This document shows, in pieces, positions 14,521 through 27,207 of a DNA stretch of 64,000 bases. Positions within the stretch are counted from its first letter, which is position 1; each line of letters starts with the position of its first letter. Source of the stretch: Antedon mediterranea (Eukaryota; Animalia; Echinodermata); assembly GCF_964355755.1 (NCBI RefSeq), contig NC_092670.1, positions 17,532,795 through 17,596,794 of the forward strand, given 5' to 3'. Under the pieces are notes generated by a model. The model searched no databases. It was not told the origin of the DNA and saw nothing but the letters and a program-made list of their open reading frames with translations. The position numbers and the translations under genes were made by a program.

Positions 14521-16548
14521 ACCCTTTTCACACTGTATATAGCAGAACTCCAGAGCTTTCAACTCTTTCTTCACCAACAATGCTGTTATTATTAAGCTTT
14601 CTTCTCTTATTGACGCCTCTAATTGTCCTGACCCGTCTTCTTATCTGTCATTTTGTAACTCTTTCTTTTCTCTGAGCTGCATCGATGAAGACTTTGTCCA
14701 AACTGAATTAACATCCATCAATCCCAATACTTCTACCGGACCTGATTTAATTGATGGTAATTTTCTTAAAGCTGCTTCTGCTATTATTGCTCCTCATCTT
14801 ACCTTTATCTTTAATCTTTCTATCAATTCTAATTGCTTTCCCTCTGCCTGGAAAACGTCTAAAGTTATTCCTATCTTTAAATCAGACAAAAGAAATGACC
14901 TCAACAACTACCGGCCTATCTCTATCCTTCCCCTTTGCTCCAAAATTATTGAAAAATCTATTTCCCAACAAATCTATTCTTACCTTGACTTTAATAACTT
15001 AATATCTACCTCTCAATCTGGATTTCATCCCCAACATTCTACCCTTACTGCTCTTACCAACACATATGATAACTGGCTTCACAATATCAATAATAAGAAA
15101 CTATCTTTATCGATCTCAAAAAAGCTTTCGACACTATTGACCATAATATTCTTCTTGCTAAATTACCCTACTATGTATTTTCTCCTTCAACTATCTCTTG
15201 GCTCCGATCTTATCTTTCTAATCGCTCTCATTCTCAACAAGTTCTTTTTGAAAAAACTCTTTCTTCCTCTGGTTTTCTTTCTACTGGAGTTCCTCAAGGC
15301 TCCACTCTTGGTCCTCTTCTCTTTCCCATCTACATCAACGACCTTTTATCTTCTCTAATCTCTCATAACTCTAATCTACATGTTGACATGTATTATGCTG
15401 ACGATACCATCATCTACTATTCTAACTCCTCTTCGAAACTTATTGAACAGAATCTTAATAATGCTCTAATTCATCTCTCTACCTGGCTAAAATCTAACAG
15501 ACTAACACTCAATATCTCAAAAACTAAATCTATGCTCATTGGATCTTCTCAAAAACTTAAATCTAACTCTATCACCCTTACTCTTAATGATTCTCCTATT
15601 CAATCTGTTACTTCTCACAAACACCTTGGAATCATAATTGACAATACTCTAACCTGGAAATCTCACATATCTTCCCTTTGTAAAAAACTCAATTCTATTT
15701 CTACTTACTCAAACGTACCTCTAAATTTACAAACAAATCTTCTCTTCATCTTCTGTACAATTCACTTTTCCTTTCTAGACTTGACTACTGCTGCTCTGTC
15801 TGGGGTTCTAAACCTTCTTCTACCACTAAACTTAAAAAAATCCAGAATAAAGCTATCCGTCTAATACTCGATCTATCTCCCACTACACATCTCTCTCCTC
15901 ATCACTTTTCCAGTGCTAAGACTCTCCCCTTCCATGAACGATACCTCTTTCAGCTTGCATGTCTATCTTTCAAAGCTCTACATCACTCTGCTCCACTTAC
16001 TATCTGTCAGCTTTTAACTAAAGTTACTTCCAACGGCCGTATGAACACTAGACAAATTACTAAAGGAGATCTTCTTATCCCTTGTCCTTACCTTGAAATC
16101 TTTAAACTTTCTTTTAGTTTCAATGCTCCTTCTTTCTTTAATTCTCTACCTTTAAGCATTCGTAACTCTTACAATTTCTCCTCCTTTAAATCTCTTTTGA
16201 AAAAACACCTGTTTCTCTCTCTCTGATTTTATTTCTTTTTATCCTTCTTTCATTGTAGGCATACTGTATTTTTATATTTATATATATATTTATTTTTTAT
16301 ATCTTTGTTAATTTTGTGTTTTTATAGTTTAATTTGTATTTACTGTTTGTATTGTTTGTGGGTCCCTAATGATCAGCTGATGCTGGATGGACAACCCTCA
16401 TAAAATATTGTTAAAATAAAAAAAAAAAAAAAAAAAAAAGAGCTTGTACAGTGCACACACCAGGGATTCAACACTTGCGTTTTGTATAGTGTTTGGCCCG
16501 GTGTGTGTAAGCTGCTCCGGAGTTTCTGCAATTCGATTTGAAAGGGGT
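14521..16548. mobile_element. Small TIR MITE split by the LINE insertion
   Basis: Removing the LINE joins acccttttca...gcagaactccagagctt...cacacaccaggg, an imperfect inverted repeat of cccggtgtgtgtaagctgctccggagtttctgc...tgaaaggggt. Confidence 0.6.
14559..16438 (+). mobile_element. 5'-truncated, frameshifted CR1-group (CR1/L2/Crack/Daphne-like) LINE
   Basis: Reading across frameshifts gives FNSFFTN...STGPDLI...FPSAWKTSKVIPIFK...NYRPISILP...QSGFHPQHST...FIDLKKAFDTIDH...GVPQGSTLGPLLF...YADDT (RT domain). 3' UTR and poly(A) tail to 16438. TSD AGAGCTT at 14552-14558 and 16439-16445. Confidence 0.93.
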
Positions 16549-18562
16549 CATAAGCCTTCGCGTTTACCTTTCAAGATTAAGGACATTTCTATAAACTTTG
16601 ATCACTAACCTGTATGCATATTTTACTGTAGAAAACTGATGCAGCAGCAGTAGTAACAATGTTTATAATATCCTCATGTGACTGATCATGTGAAAAAAGA
16701 GAAAACCCTTTAATATTCCACAATGACATCTAGACACAAAACTAGGAATTATATAACTGATAAATGATACTACTGTATTACATATCCCTTGTGAAAGTTA
16801 ATAATAGAATGATTTGTATGCCAGTTCATAAATGAAGAAGGTCATAGGTCAAATGGTTTATAAGAAAGTAGGTTAAGGTCATATGCATTCACCTCTATAC
16901 AACTTTTTGTTAGGTAAATCCAGACATTTTAAATAAGTATTTGGTAAACAATAGAAGAAGGATTAGGACCTTACTGTTCAACAGTTGAAAATAGATTGTA
17001 AAGCAGTTGGCAAACAAACAATTAAAAAAAACCCAAAGAAAAATCAATTTGTGAAATGGTCTATTTATGTTTAAAAGATGATACAGACACAATCAATTTT
17101 TATTTTATATAACTTCAAAATGAGTTTAATTTAGAAAAGATTTTTTTTCAAAAAATTATTAAGAAATACAGTTGTTTTGTTCTACTACTAAATTGTCTTC
17201 AAACAAACATGTACAGAGTACAAAGAGTGAAGTGGAATCGGGAGTGGAATCCAGTTTTAAAACAGTTTAAGTACTGTACAATCAGGTTATGATGTCACAT
17301 TTTTGTATTTCTTTTAACCTCATTCTTGTTCTCTTATTTCATTGATGAAAACTGGCCTACAGTACAACTAAATTCACCCAGTCTTTTTTGTCAATGTTTG
17401 TTTAAATATCTGCATTGATCCTGCCAGTATTTAAACAGGACAAAGCAACAGATTGATAATTTAAAATTTGCAATAGCTACAGTATACCATGTCAATATGG
17501 TATATGTAATGAAAGTGAGTTATTTTAGGAAAGTTTAAAACAACAAATAGATAAACTCTAAACTATGAAACGATAACATTACTGTATATAACTTCTATTT
17601 ATAAATCACTGAATAAAAAAATTTTAAAAACTGGAGAAACTTACTATTACGTAGCTTCAGCATGTGATAAAGCTCCTAGTACAATATCAGACAATGAGAA
17701 TACTAACAACATGAGTACCCTAAAGCACTAATGACGTTGTGTTATCAACGAAGCCCTGTAATCAAATGCCAGCTAGCTAGGCAGGAGACCAATACAGGTA
17801 TGACGTCAATTTCAAGTGCTCACAAGGGTATGCATTGCCAGTTGAGATGGGTAAAAAGCCTTCCTTGTTTTGAATTGGGTAGAAAGCATAGTATCCCTGT
17901 AGTTTCTGGAATCTTATTACGATTTCTGGGAAATCTAGGAAACTTGATGGTCTACAATGCAGTCTGGCAATCTACGGCACCTGGTGGATGCTAAGCTTTG
18001 TGTAATGTCCCTTAAAATATACTATTAGTATTACTATAATAACAGCAAATTTTGGTTGATGACAAAATTGGAATATGATTAGTGTGTTACTGTGTAGTAC
18101 TAGTAGTACTGTATTTACTGCAGTTGGTCTCAAAATTAGCCACATTGTAAATGATTACTGAAAAGAACAGTTTTAATGAGTATTATTCAAAATGACAAAT
18201 GAACACCATTTAATGATTTATTTCCAACTGAAATTTGTTCTGTACCTGTTGACTTGTAAACTAAAATCATCCATTATTAATTATCGTATTAAAAAAATGT
18301 AGTTGTATATAATTTTGATGTGACCCTCTTATTTTGATAAATCTGGCAGACTAGTAAAGTTAAAACCATTCTATCTACAAAGGTATTTATTGTAAATACT
18401 TCAGCTTGAACCTTGTACTCCAACATTTATCATAAGATTATAAAAGCAACATTTCTTAAACTTGAATTAAAACAAAAAGCAAACAGAATCATATGAAATT
18501 ATATTTAATAAGTACTCTATAAAGTAAATACTTGCGTGATATCAATATAGTTTGCATCCTCT

Positions 18563-18743
18563 AAGCGTGGTTCCCACTAGCGATGCAACACAAGGACGTA
18601 ACGCAACGCAAGTGAATTGACCAATCACAAGCGATGGCTTATTCGCTTGTGATTGCTAACTGTCTATAACTTCGCTTGTCATTGGTTAAAATGCTTGCAT
18701 TGCGTTTACGTCCTTGCGTTACGTTCTAATGGGAACCAAGCTT
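18563..18743. mobile_element. PIF/Harbinger-type MITE (AGCTTGGTTCCCACTAG family), full copy
   Basis: TIRs agcgtggttcccactag...gacgtaacgcaa / ttgcgttacgttctaatgggaaccaagct, flanked by cta/taa. Related copies or fragments near 21510-21548, 39804-39935, 43678-43763, 45895-45930, 48708-48850 and 57759-58011. Confidence 0.75.
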
Positions 18744-19888
18744 AAGGCACAAAGTCTACAGTAGATTAGATTAAATAATTTTATTCCTAAATTTATGAGA
18801 AAAAAAATCTATGTTTGTTTTAGAAAAGCATGTGCAAAAACTTGTAAACTTAATGCAATAGGTTGGTGATATTGACTCCAAGGTCCTACGAAGATAACTA
18901 AGAATATACAGTATTGTATACTGTATGGTTAAAAGTATGTATATAAAGAAGTTTGAGGCTGAAATTGCTCAACTACGAAAAATGTAACATATCCGGAGAA
19001 CAACAATTTAACAATAGAAATAGGAGGCGTATTGAATTTTCTATTAAAAGCCACCTAATGAATGGAAGAATAGGATATATAACACGCCAGTTCATCACAA
19101 TACAAATCAATAGTATAACTATAGATTCAGCATAATATAGATTCTCCTTGTACTTCTTTAGTCACATCACACGTTGAGCAGTAAACAACTTTGTTTATCA
19201 CCTATTGTATACTGCTGGTCTATTCTTTGTTGGATATTGATACAACAATAACTTATGCTAAATTAATAATTATAATAATTATATTAATAGTATATTACAC
19301 AAACCAGTAGTGGTGTTAGTAGTCCATGAGTGCTAGCTTACCTGTATACAGGTTTATACAGGTAAGCTAGGCACGATATAGACTACAATTATATTGAAAT
19401 CATTATGGTCTTAGGGCCTGTTTCTACTGCAAGTAAACAATCGATTAAAATAGAAACTATGTTTTCTAAATTTTCCATAATTTCTTGGCAGCAGAATTCA
19501 GTTAAATGGCATCAAAATAATGGTTTAATGAATTGCAATTTAACCTTTATTGCTATAAGGGCTAGTGTATATTTGTATAGTTTATGTTATTTTATATTTT
19601 CTTGCACAATTGTAAACCAGTTGGAAGTGATTTATTTGGGTAAATCTGTAAAACCAGCTTTGGGAGAACACACGCATTTTCTAATTTTTATAATACTGTA
19701 AACTTTTATGTAGAAAACTTGAGATGTCTTGATTTGGTTCACTTTAAACAATAATAAATAAAGCAAATCAATCTATCAACAGCAAATTAATCATTTATCA
19801 GCAATGTGTCAGGCAGTATTAGATGCCAGTAAAATTAGCAACAGACCAACAATTTCCAGAAATTTCTTCTCTGAGCTTTAAAGTGTTA

Positions 19889-20270
19889 CTAATTGGAAAC
19901 TGAGCATTGCTACTGTAGTTGGAAACTGAGTGTTGCTAGTTGGAAACTGAGTGTCGCTAGTTGGAAACTGAGTGTTGCTAGTTGGAAACTGAGTGTTGCT
20001 AGTTGGAAACTGAGTGTTGCTAGTTGGAAACTGAGTGTTGCTAGTTGGAAACTGAGTGTTGCTAGTTGGAAACTGAGTGTTGCTAGTTGGAAACTGAGTG
20101 TTGCTAGTTGGAAACTGAGTGTTGCTAGTTGGAAACTGAGTGTTGCTAGTTGGAAACTGAGTGTTGCTAGTTGGAAACTGAGTGTCGCTAGTTGGAAACT
20201 GAGTGTTGCTAGTTGAAAACTGAGTGTTGCTAGTTGGAAACTGAGTGTTGCCAGTTGGAAATTTAAGTGT
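19889..20270. repeat. 21-bp minisatellite (AGTTGGAAACTGAGTGTTGCT), ~17 copies
   Basis: Near-perfect array; it generates the FPTSNTQ and SWKLSVA pseudo-ORFs. Confidence 0.95.
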
Positions 20271-21665
20271 CTTCAGCAAAATTTTTCTTATTCCCAAAAT
20301 AAAATAATATTTAGATCCAACCATTTTTGTAATGAATTACAGATATTATAAATTGTTTAGGTTTTAGTATTTGCAATATCTTTACAGCGACCATTTTGTA
20401 AACTGATTGTTTAAAATTATCCACAGGCAGATAAATCAAATCAACATATTAAATACATGCAGCAGGTACACATTGTATTGCCTGAATCTGCATTAAGACG
20501 ACAGATTTCTATTTCCAACTCGTCGTCGATTCATGTCATTAAAGACACTTAAGAAAGTGGCACTTGAAATGCCAGAGCTGAATAAGCTTAAACCATCCAG
20601 GGTATAAAAATACCCTGGATAATTTGAAAGCCTTTATTTTGATGAGAAACTATTTTTAGATTTGTAAATTGCATGCAAGATCTATTTTTGGCCTTGTACA
20701 TTAAAAGGAAGAGAGTAACACAAACAATCTATTGGTTGATTTAACATTTCAGTCTGAACGACGAAAAGACGTGAACAACAATTAATATTGTGCAGTTAGT
20801 TGATAATAAAATGTGAAATAACACAACATACTGCAAGCACAGAAGCTGTGTGGTTTGGTACAATATGGCGCTTGGATTAAGGGGATAAAATCACATTTTT
20901 ACTTAGAAACCAACACACAAATATTATATTAGCTAAGTAAATATTTAATGAGGAAATATTTATTTATCTATTCGATATTAGAATATTGGAGAATGTTTGA
21001 TAAATATTACAAATTTAGAAATGTTCTATTTCTATTACTATGACGATATGAATTATGGTAATCAGTTTTTTTTTAAACCATTAAAAAAACGTTTTTTCTT
21101 TTGTCAGCAGACACAGGCCCTTTATTACTTCTTTAAAATGTTATCACCTTTTTCAAAAACAAGAACATGTAAAGCCTCGTGAGCCTAGTGTACAATCCTT
21201 TTTTTTTTGCATAGAGTTTGATTGATGCAAAGGTCGGTGGGATATAAAATTAAAATACTTTATTAATCTCAGTATGTCTGAAATTTAGCCTACTGTAACT
21301 ATACTTTATTGGCAATATAGGACACTAGTAAAATCACGTCTAAAATCTAACTAACTATTATGTTTTTTCTTTGATAAACCATGAAAAAAGAATTACTGAA
21401 TTACTTGTTTGTGCTATTAGTTTTAGCTACTTTGTTAGCCTTGTATTGTAACATGTTGATTGTTCGAAAAATGATTTGCTTTTGATTTGTCAAATTACTT
21501 GAGTTATATGTGCGTCCTTGCGTTGGGTCTTAGTGGCAACCAAGCTTTATGAAAAAAACTTTCAATTTTATCTTAAATATTTGTTTATAATATGTACAGT
21601 AAATCTTCTTGGGCGAAAAAAATAGACAGTGCTATTTAATTACTGAAAAATATGGTAATCAAAGC

Positions 21666-21857
21666 TACTGTACGGTACAAAATGGGCTACAGTAGTATAG
21701 TATACTGTACAGTACAAAATGAGCTACAGTAGTATAGTATACTGTACGGTACAAAATGGGCTACAGTAGTATAGTATACTGTACAGTACAAAATGAGCTA
21801 CAGTAGTATAGTATACTGTACGGTACAAAATGGGCTACAGTAGTATAGTATACTGTA
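21666..21857. repeat. 37-bp tandem repeat with alternating A/B variants (74-bp higher order)
   Basis: tactgtac[g/a]gtacaaaatg[g/a]gctacagtagtatagta arranged A-B-A-B-A. Confidence 0.92.
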
Positions 21858-22316
21858 GTCTACTTCACACTGTCCTATTCACTTTTACTTCATCTTATTG
21901 AATAATAATTAATGAAACAGTTAATCTTTCAAGTAATGATTCAAATATTCAGCCTATTCAACTTATTAACATTTTTTTTCATTCATTTTTTTTTAACATT
22001 CATTTTTTTCACACCAATGTTCTTCTACAGTAAACATTTATTCAATTAAAAATTAATCAGCTATTTCCATCTTGAATCAGAATGTCAAAGGTCATGCAAC
22101 AATTAGGCATTTGGAGCATGATAATAAAGAAGTTATAGTGTAGTACACTCTACAGGTCTGGCATACCGCGTCGCACAACAATTCCATTTTTTTTTTCAAA
22201 GAGTTAAAAGTGCAATAGTAGCTTCAATCGTTAAAATTGAAGAAACTAATGCACGGCACACAATACAAAATGTGTTATAATCAACAGTATATTTAAGAAT
22301 GTTAATGATCATTTAC

Positions 22317-22359
22317 CTGTATGTTTGCTCATCGTTGATTCTTCTCGTATTCTAAATTC
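22317..22359 (-). CDS. Candidate alternative start exon (ATG at 22332, MSKHT, phase 1)
   Basis: Acceptor ctatttcAG before 22359 (alternative tttgcAG before 22504), then ATG AGC AAA CAT ACA G|GTAAAT. Confidence 0.4.
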
Positions 22360-23740
22360 CTGAAATAGATTACAATCCGTTTTTATTCCGTCCTGAGCAG
22401 AAAATGTTTATGTTCAACTAGTAGAATCCATGTATAGATCCATTCTACCTATTTAGTGTAGTAATTGCTGTAATTTTAATATTCACTCGTCGACTGATTT
22501 TAACCTGCAAAATGACACGATATAACAATTATTACATCGTAGATGTACAGCATTAGTATTTCATCCAAGCTATGCTACATCGCATTTTAGTTCATTCTCC
22601 AACATCCAAATCATGTATATAAAATGACTGAAGAACAAGAAATTGGGAATATCAAAACAACCATTCATTCCCAAGTATGCCTGAGTATACAGTAATGTTG
22701 TTGGAAACAATTTTCTGTAAAATGACACAATTTTAGTCACAATTGACGTTCTATGATGTCGTCTTGACCTTGTACAACAGTCTCCTCATAACTATAAGCG
22801 TGAATAATTCAAGCGTATACTTTATTCTTAAAATGTATTCGCATTTTCTCACTCTCTGTTGTCGTCAATAGATTTTAATCTTCAAAATGACACAATTTTA
22901 GTTAAAATGAGTTGTTAATTCTACCTTCTTTTGGCAATTAGTTTTTCCAATGACCTTTATACACTAGAGTAATTGCCTCCTACTACAAACATCATTGGCA
23001 TTGGCCTTATAAGCTGTAACTATAGAGATAGGCTTTCTATAAATAGAAGCGCTTCTTGGCATTTAAAGACTAACATAAAAGATGCTACAAATTAATGCAG
23101 AATTCATTACATAATATTCAAAATTGTTTTGATTTGAATGTTAATAATAAAATCAATTTTCTTAATGTACTGATTTATTCAACCATCAAATCACTGCAGT
23201 ACTTTCAATGTATTTTTTAAAACATTGCTTTTATGTAAATAATTAGTCAGATATTTTTTGGTGGGGGAATCATGTCGATGTTTACTGGGGTGACTGCTTT
23301 GTAAACCTCTACATTGGAAAAAAAACTAAGTAAATCATTAGTATAGTACTATACAGTAGAGTAAATTTTGACACCAATAATCAATAAAATCTCTTGTGTA
23401 TCAATATAAAATTTGAAATATTATGTTTTTTAGAAATAGATTCAAATAACATTTAGCAGCACTGCTAGCAATTAATATTAATCATAAGTCATGATTTATT
23501 ATTATTCAGTCAGTTACATAATAGTGTACATACATGATATAGTCATCAATAATAAAAGAAACGAGTTGATATTTTATGTACAAAATAATTTAGTGTTTTT
23601 TTTATTCCCTATAATAAATTAATTTATCAGAATTTATGAGAGCAACAGCAACAGTCGGTGTTCAGCAAACCATTTCAAAACGTACAAACTGTATCTATGT
23701 CTTAAGATCTATGAAAATCTGGTGTATCTGCATAATAGAT

Positions 23741-23896
23741 TGTATGTAAAGGGGTCTTCGGCCTCGGTATAGGAGTTTTCGAAGAAGCGATGCGGGGGAG
23801 GTGAGACACGGAAGATGGTCAGACACAGAAGACGGTCAACCATGAATGCTGTTGGATGCCTTCCACGCCTCTAATAAAAGCTGTTACAATGTTACA
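23741..23896 (+). mobile_element. Possible LTR remnant
   Basis: GC-rich island starting TGT, with AATAAA near an end TGTTACA followed by TGG. No clear TSD. Confidence 0.3.
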
Positions 23897-24238
23897 TGGC
23901 AAAATCATTATTTTTGTATTTATTTCCTAATTTAAAATGTTTTAAAATGAGATTTATATTTTTATATTAATATTTTAAATTTATTCATTTTATCACAATG
24001 TGAAGAATAAGTGTGAAAAAGTGCTAAATACACAGCATGTTGTCTATGTTACAACAGTAGCAACTCTGAGCACTTTCAGTCAAATGCTTTTGCTTTCAAA
24101 TTTATCTATTTCTGGATATCATTATATTTTCCACAATTACCTAATATCACAATATTATGTGTTAGATGAAACTGTAAATATTTATTTTAAAATATTTATT
24201 TTAAAATTTGAATTAAGATAATATATACAATGCAAGTA

Positions 24239-25521
24239 CAGTCAACTCTCCCAATACCGGACACCCTTGGGCGGGCATATATTTTCCGGTTTTTCGAAAG
24301 TCCGGTTTCCTGAAAACATATTTTTAAAGTCATCACGTTGTCACTGAAAATGCTTTAAATCACCGGTCCGAATGCTGCCCGGTACGGTCTAGCGTAGGGA
24401 AGGCCTAGGCTATGATTGTGTCAAGCTAGAGTTTTAATTAAATAAATACTGATAGGCCTAGGCCTACTTTATTAATATTAAGCTAATTCAATTTACCTTT
24501 TTTAAAAGTTACATTATTTACTGTACCAATAAAACATGTTCAGTAGTAAATTATTGTTTCTCAATGTGTTTTTAGCGGCAAAAAGGCCTAGGCTAGGCCT
24601 ACGTACGTACGGTGAACATAATTTTGGTAGTTTATTGTTTATCGCGAGCTAGCAGCAGCATGGGTGATAAAAATAGCAGAGCGGGGCTTTGATTGATGCG
24701 CATGTGCAGAGGTGTCATAATCAAATAAAAACGCCCACACCAGTCCTAGACCACATGTTTTTTAAGCTCCTTTATTTTGACGTAATTTGATAGCAATAAA
24801 CGAGCCAAGCAATAATGACAATAATTAATTGGTAACATTTCAAAGTTTATTAACACTAGTTAAGTTAAGTTCATTCCGTTTACATTTTGCCATAATGATT
24901 TCCAAATTTATAATGATGCACATTTTTAGTGAAACATTCCTTTTTAAAGTCCTATTGCAATTGTGAATTTAACAATAATTTAAACAAATCAAAGACACAA
25001 AGTGGAATGTAAATTGAACTTTATTAAAAAACAATTGATATGCTAAAAAACAGGGAGTTGTTGTTAACTCCCTGCTAAAAACAATAGACATTAAGACATA
25101 ACGCTTCACCGCAGTTCGATACGCAACAAAGCAATTGCCGCCTCGTGGGTTAACAATGAACTGACCTGTCAATCACAGTGTAGCGCTCCATGGCAACATT
25201 ATTTGATCGTACCGCGAAATTTCGCGCACTTCATGCATGGTCAGGGTGGTATATATGGTTAAAAGCTTGAATCCGAGTCAGCGACGACGACGTTACGTTG
25301 TTTTCGTAAATATTTGGAGTTTTTTAACTGTCAGTCCGGTTTTCAGACGCTAATTTTCGTGTTTTGTACTTCATAATTTGTCCGGATTCCGGAATTGGGC
25401 ATTCCGGTTTTCATAATAAATTACAGTACATTTAGAATAGGGACAAATTGGGCCCTCCAAAAAAGTCCGGTTTTCCGTGAATTCTGGTTTTGGGAGAGTC
25501 CGGTATTGGGAGAGTTGACTG
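24239..25521. mobile_element. Non-autonomous Tc1/mariner-pogo-type element
   Basis: Perfect 24-bp TIRs CAGTCAACTCTCCCAATACCGGAC, TA TSD at both ends, subterminal TCCGGTTTT repeats, no ORF. Confidence 0.88.
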
Positions 25522-25667
25522 TATATATATATATATATATGCAAATATTACTTTACTAAAGTATGTGATGTATGCTAAGAAATTCTGACTTCATCAAACT
25601 TAACTGTAAATGTTGTGACTTTAAAACTGTACTGTAAAAATAATCCAAATGTATTGATTTAATTCTA

Positions 25668-26051
25668 TATAGAGTATCACGGTGTGACGTCACAATGATA
25701 GAGGGCGCTGCATGGTTGCTAGCCAACCAAAAAATGCGTTCAGCGCTACTATGTTGATAAACAGTAAAGATCTATATTTCTATCAAATTATGTATCTTAG
25801 CTTGATTTTTTTTAACTTAAACTGTAGTTGAAGAATAAATAGATTATTAAAAACAAATATTTAGTGATCTTTTGAAATTTTAGTTTGTTTTTATTGAGAA
25901 TTATTAAGTTTTAAAATGACTACTTCAATAAGCCTATTCCAAACCATTGGTGACTTTGGAGTCACTCACTCACTCTGAACGCATTTTTGGTTGCGCTAGC
26001 AACCACGCAGCGCCACCTACTGTTGTGACGTCAGCACCGTGATACTCTATA
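25668..26051. mobile_element. MITE with ~75-bp imperfect TIRs
   Basis: tatagagtatcacggtgtgacgtcacaa...gttgctagc...aaaaatgcgttcag mirrored by ctgaacgcattttt...gctagcaac...ttgtgacgtcagcaccgtgatactctata. Confidence 0.8.
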
Positions 26052-27108
26052 GGTCTGATTCCAACATGAGGTTAAACTGTAGTGTCTTCATTTACTTCAT
26101 ATCATTATCACTTACGCCTCTCGTCTTGCAACATGTAAAGATATAGCAACATGTAGATCATCAAAAAAAATATATATCATTGATTTTTAAAACAGTGCTC
26201 ATGTTTTGAGGAGACTATACATGAATGAGTGTAGAGTATTAAATCAACCAAACAGGGCATTAACAATGGTAACTACTGTAAAAAATAATCCCAGATTTAG
26301 TTCTAAGAATAACCAACAAATGTGTAGACTATTACATTGTTAGTGGTAACAGTTAATATTATGTAGGCATTATTGTTCTTCAGATGCTTGTAAGGGGCAG
26401 ATACAAAGATAAGACTTAATATCTTCCTTATTCTAATAACAATTATCTAAAAGGTCAGATAATTCTATGATGGTTGCAGCTAAACAGCTTCCTGATTTTA
26501 AAGATTCGTCTGCTTTCCCACATTAAAGTGAGGCTAGATTTAGCTCAGCACACATCATATAAACTACTCTGGGCTATCAAAAACCGATCTTGGGCTAGTA
26601 TACAGTAGCACTTGGGATCATAAAATAGCTGATTTTGCTTTTTACGCAAATATATTTATGTATTTTATTTCAGTAACATATTGTAAACAGTGTTTGAAAC
26701 TTTATTTAAAGCAATTTCAAACTATATCGACTTTATACTGTAAGCAGTTTCAAACTGACTATGCCCATATACTATTTTACTGAACATTAAAGTCACTGTC
26801 AGTGAATAGTGTTCTTAAATTTCATTCATTTTATTAAGCATATTATACGCTTTTCTTTAAAGGTAGAAAAATATACTGTACTAAGAAAAATATAATAAGC
26901 AATGGAATGTGGACTTGTACAGTATTATTAACTGCTACAAAAAGTTTTATTATGGCTTTGAATGGCTATCATCAAGAGACCAGAAGCTAATCAAATAATA
27001 AGAAAACAAATTAGACAATAGGAAAAGAACAAATCAAAAAAGGGCATTTTATTTATGAACTTACTGAAGCTACAGTATTTCTTCCAATGTCAGTGTGTAT
27101 ATGAATAT

Positions 27109-27207
27109 ATTAGAACAGTGAGAAGGGCATTAGAGCAGTGAGAAGGGCATTAGAGCAGTGAGAAGGGCATTAGAGCAGTGAGAAGGGCATTAGAGCAGTG
27201 AGAAGGG
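27109..27207. repeat. 20-bp tandem repeat (TAGAGCAGTGAGAAGGGCAT) x5
   Basis: Read directly from the sequence. Confidence 0.92.

Noticed and set aside
14751-15358. Leucine-rich ORFs resembling signal or transmembrane peptides
   Set aside because: Off-frame readings of the pyrimidine-rich LINE RT region.
19878-20324. 148-aa (FPTSNTQ)n and 107-aa (SWKLSVA)n ORFs; CRISPR-like appearance
   Set aside because: Both come from a 21-bp minisatellite. There are no unique spacers or cas genes, and the context is eukaryotic.
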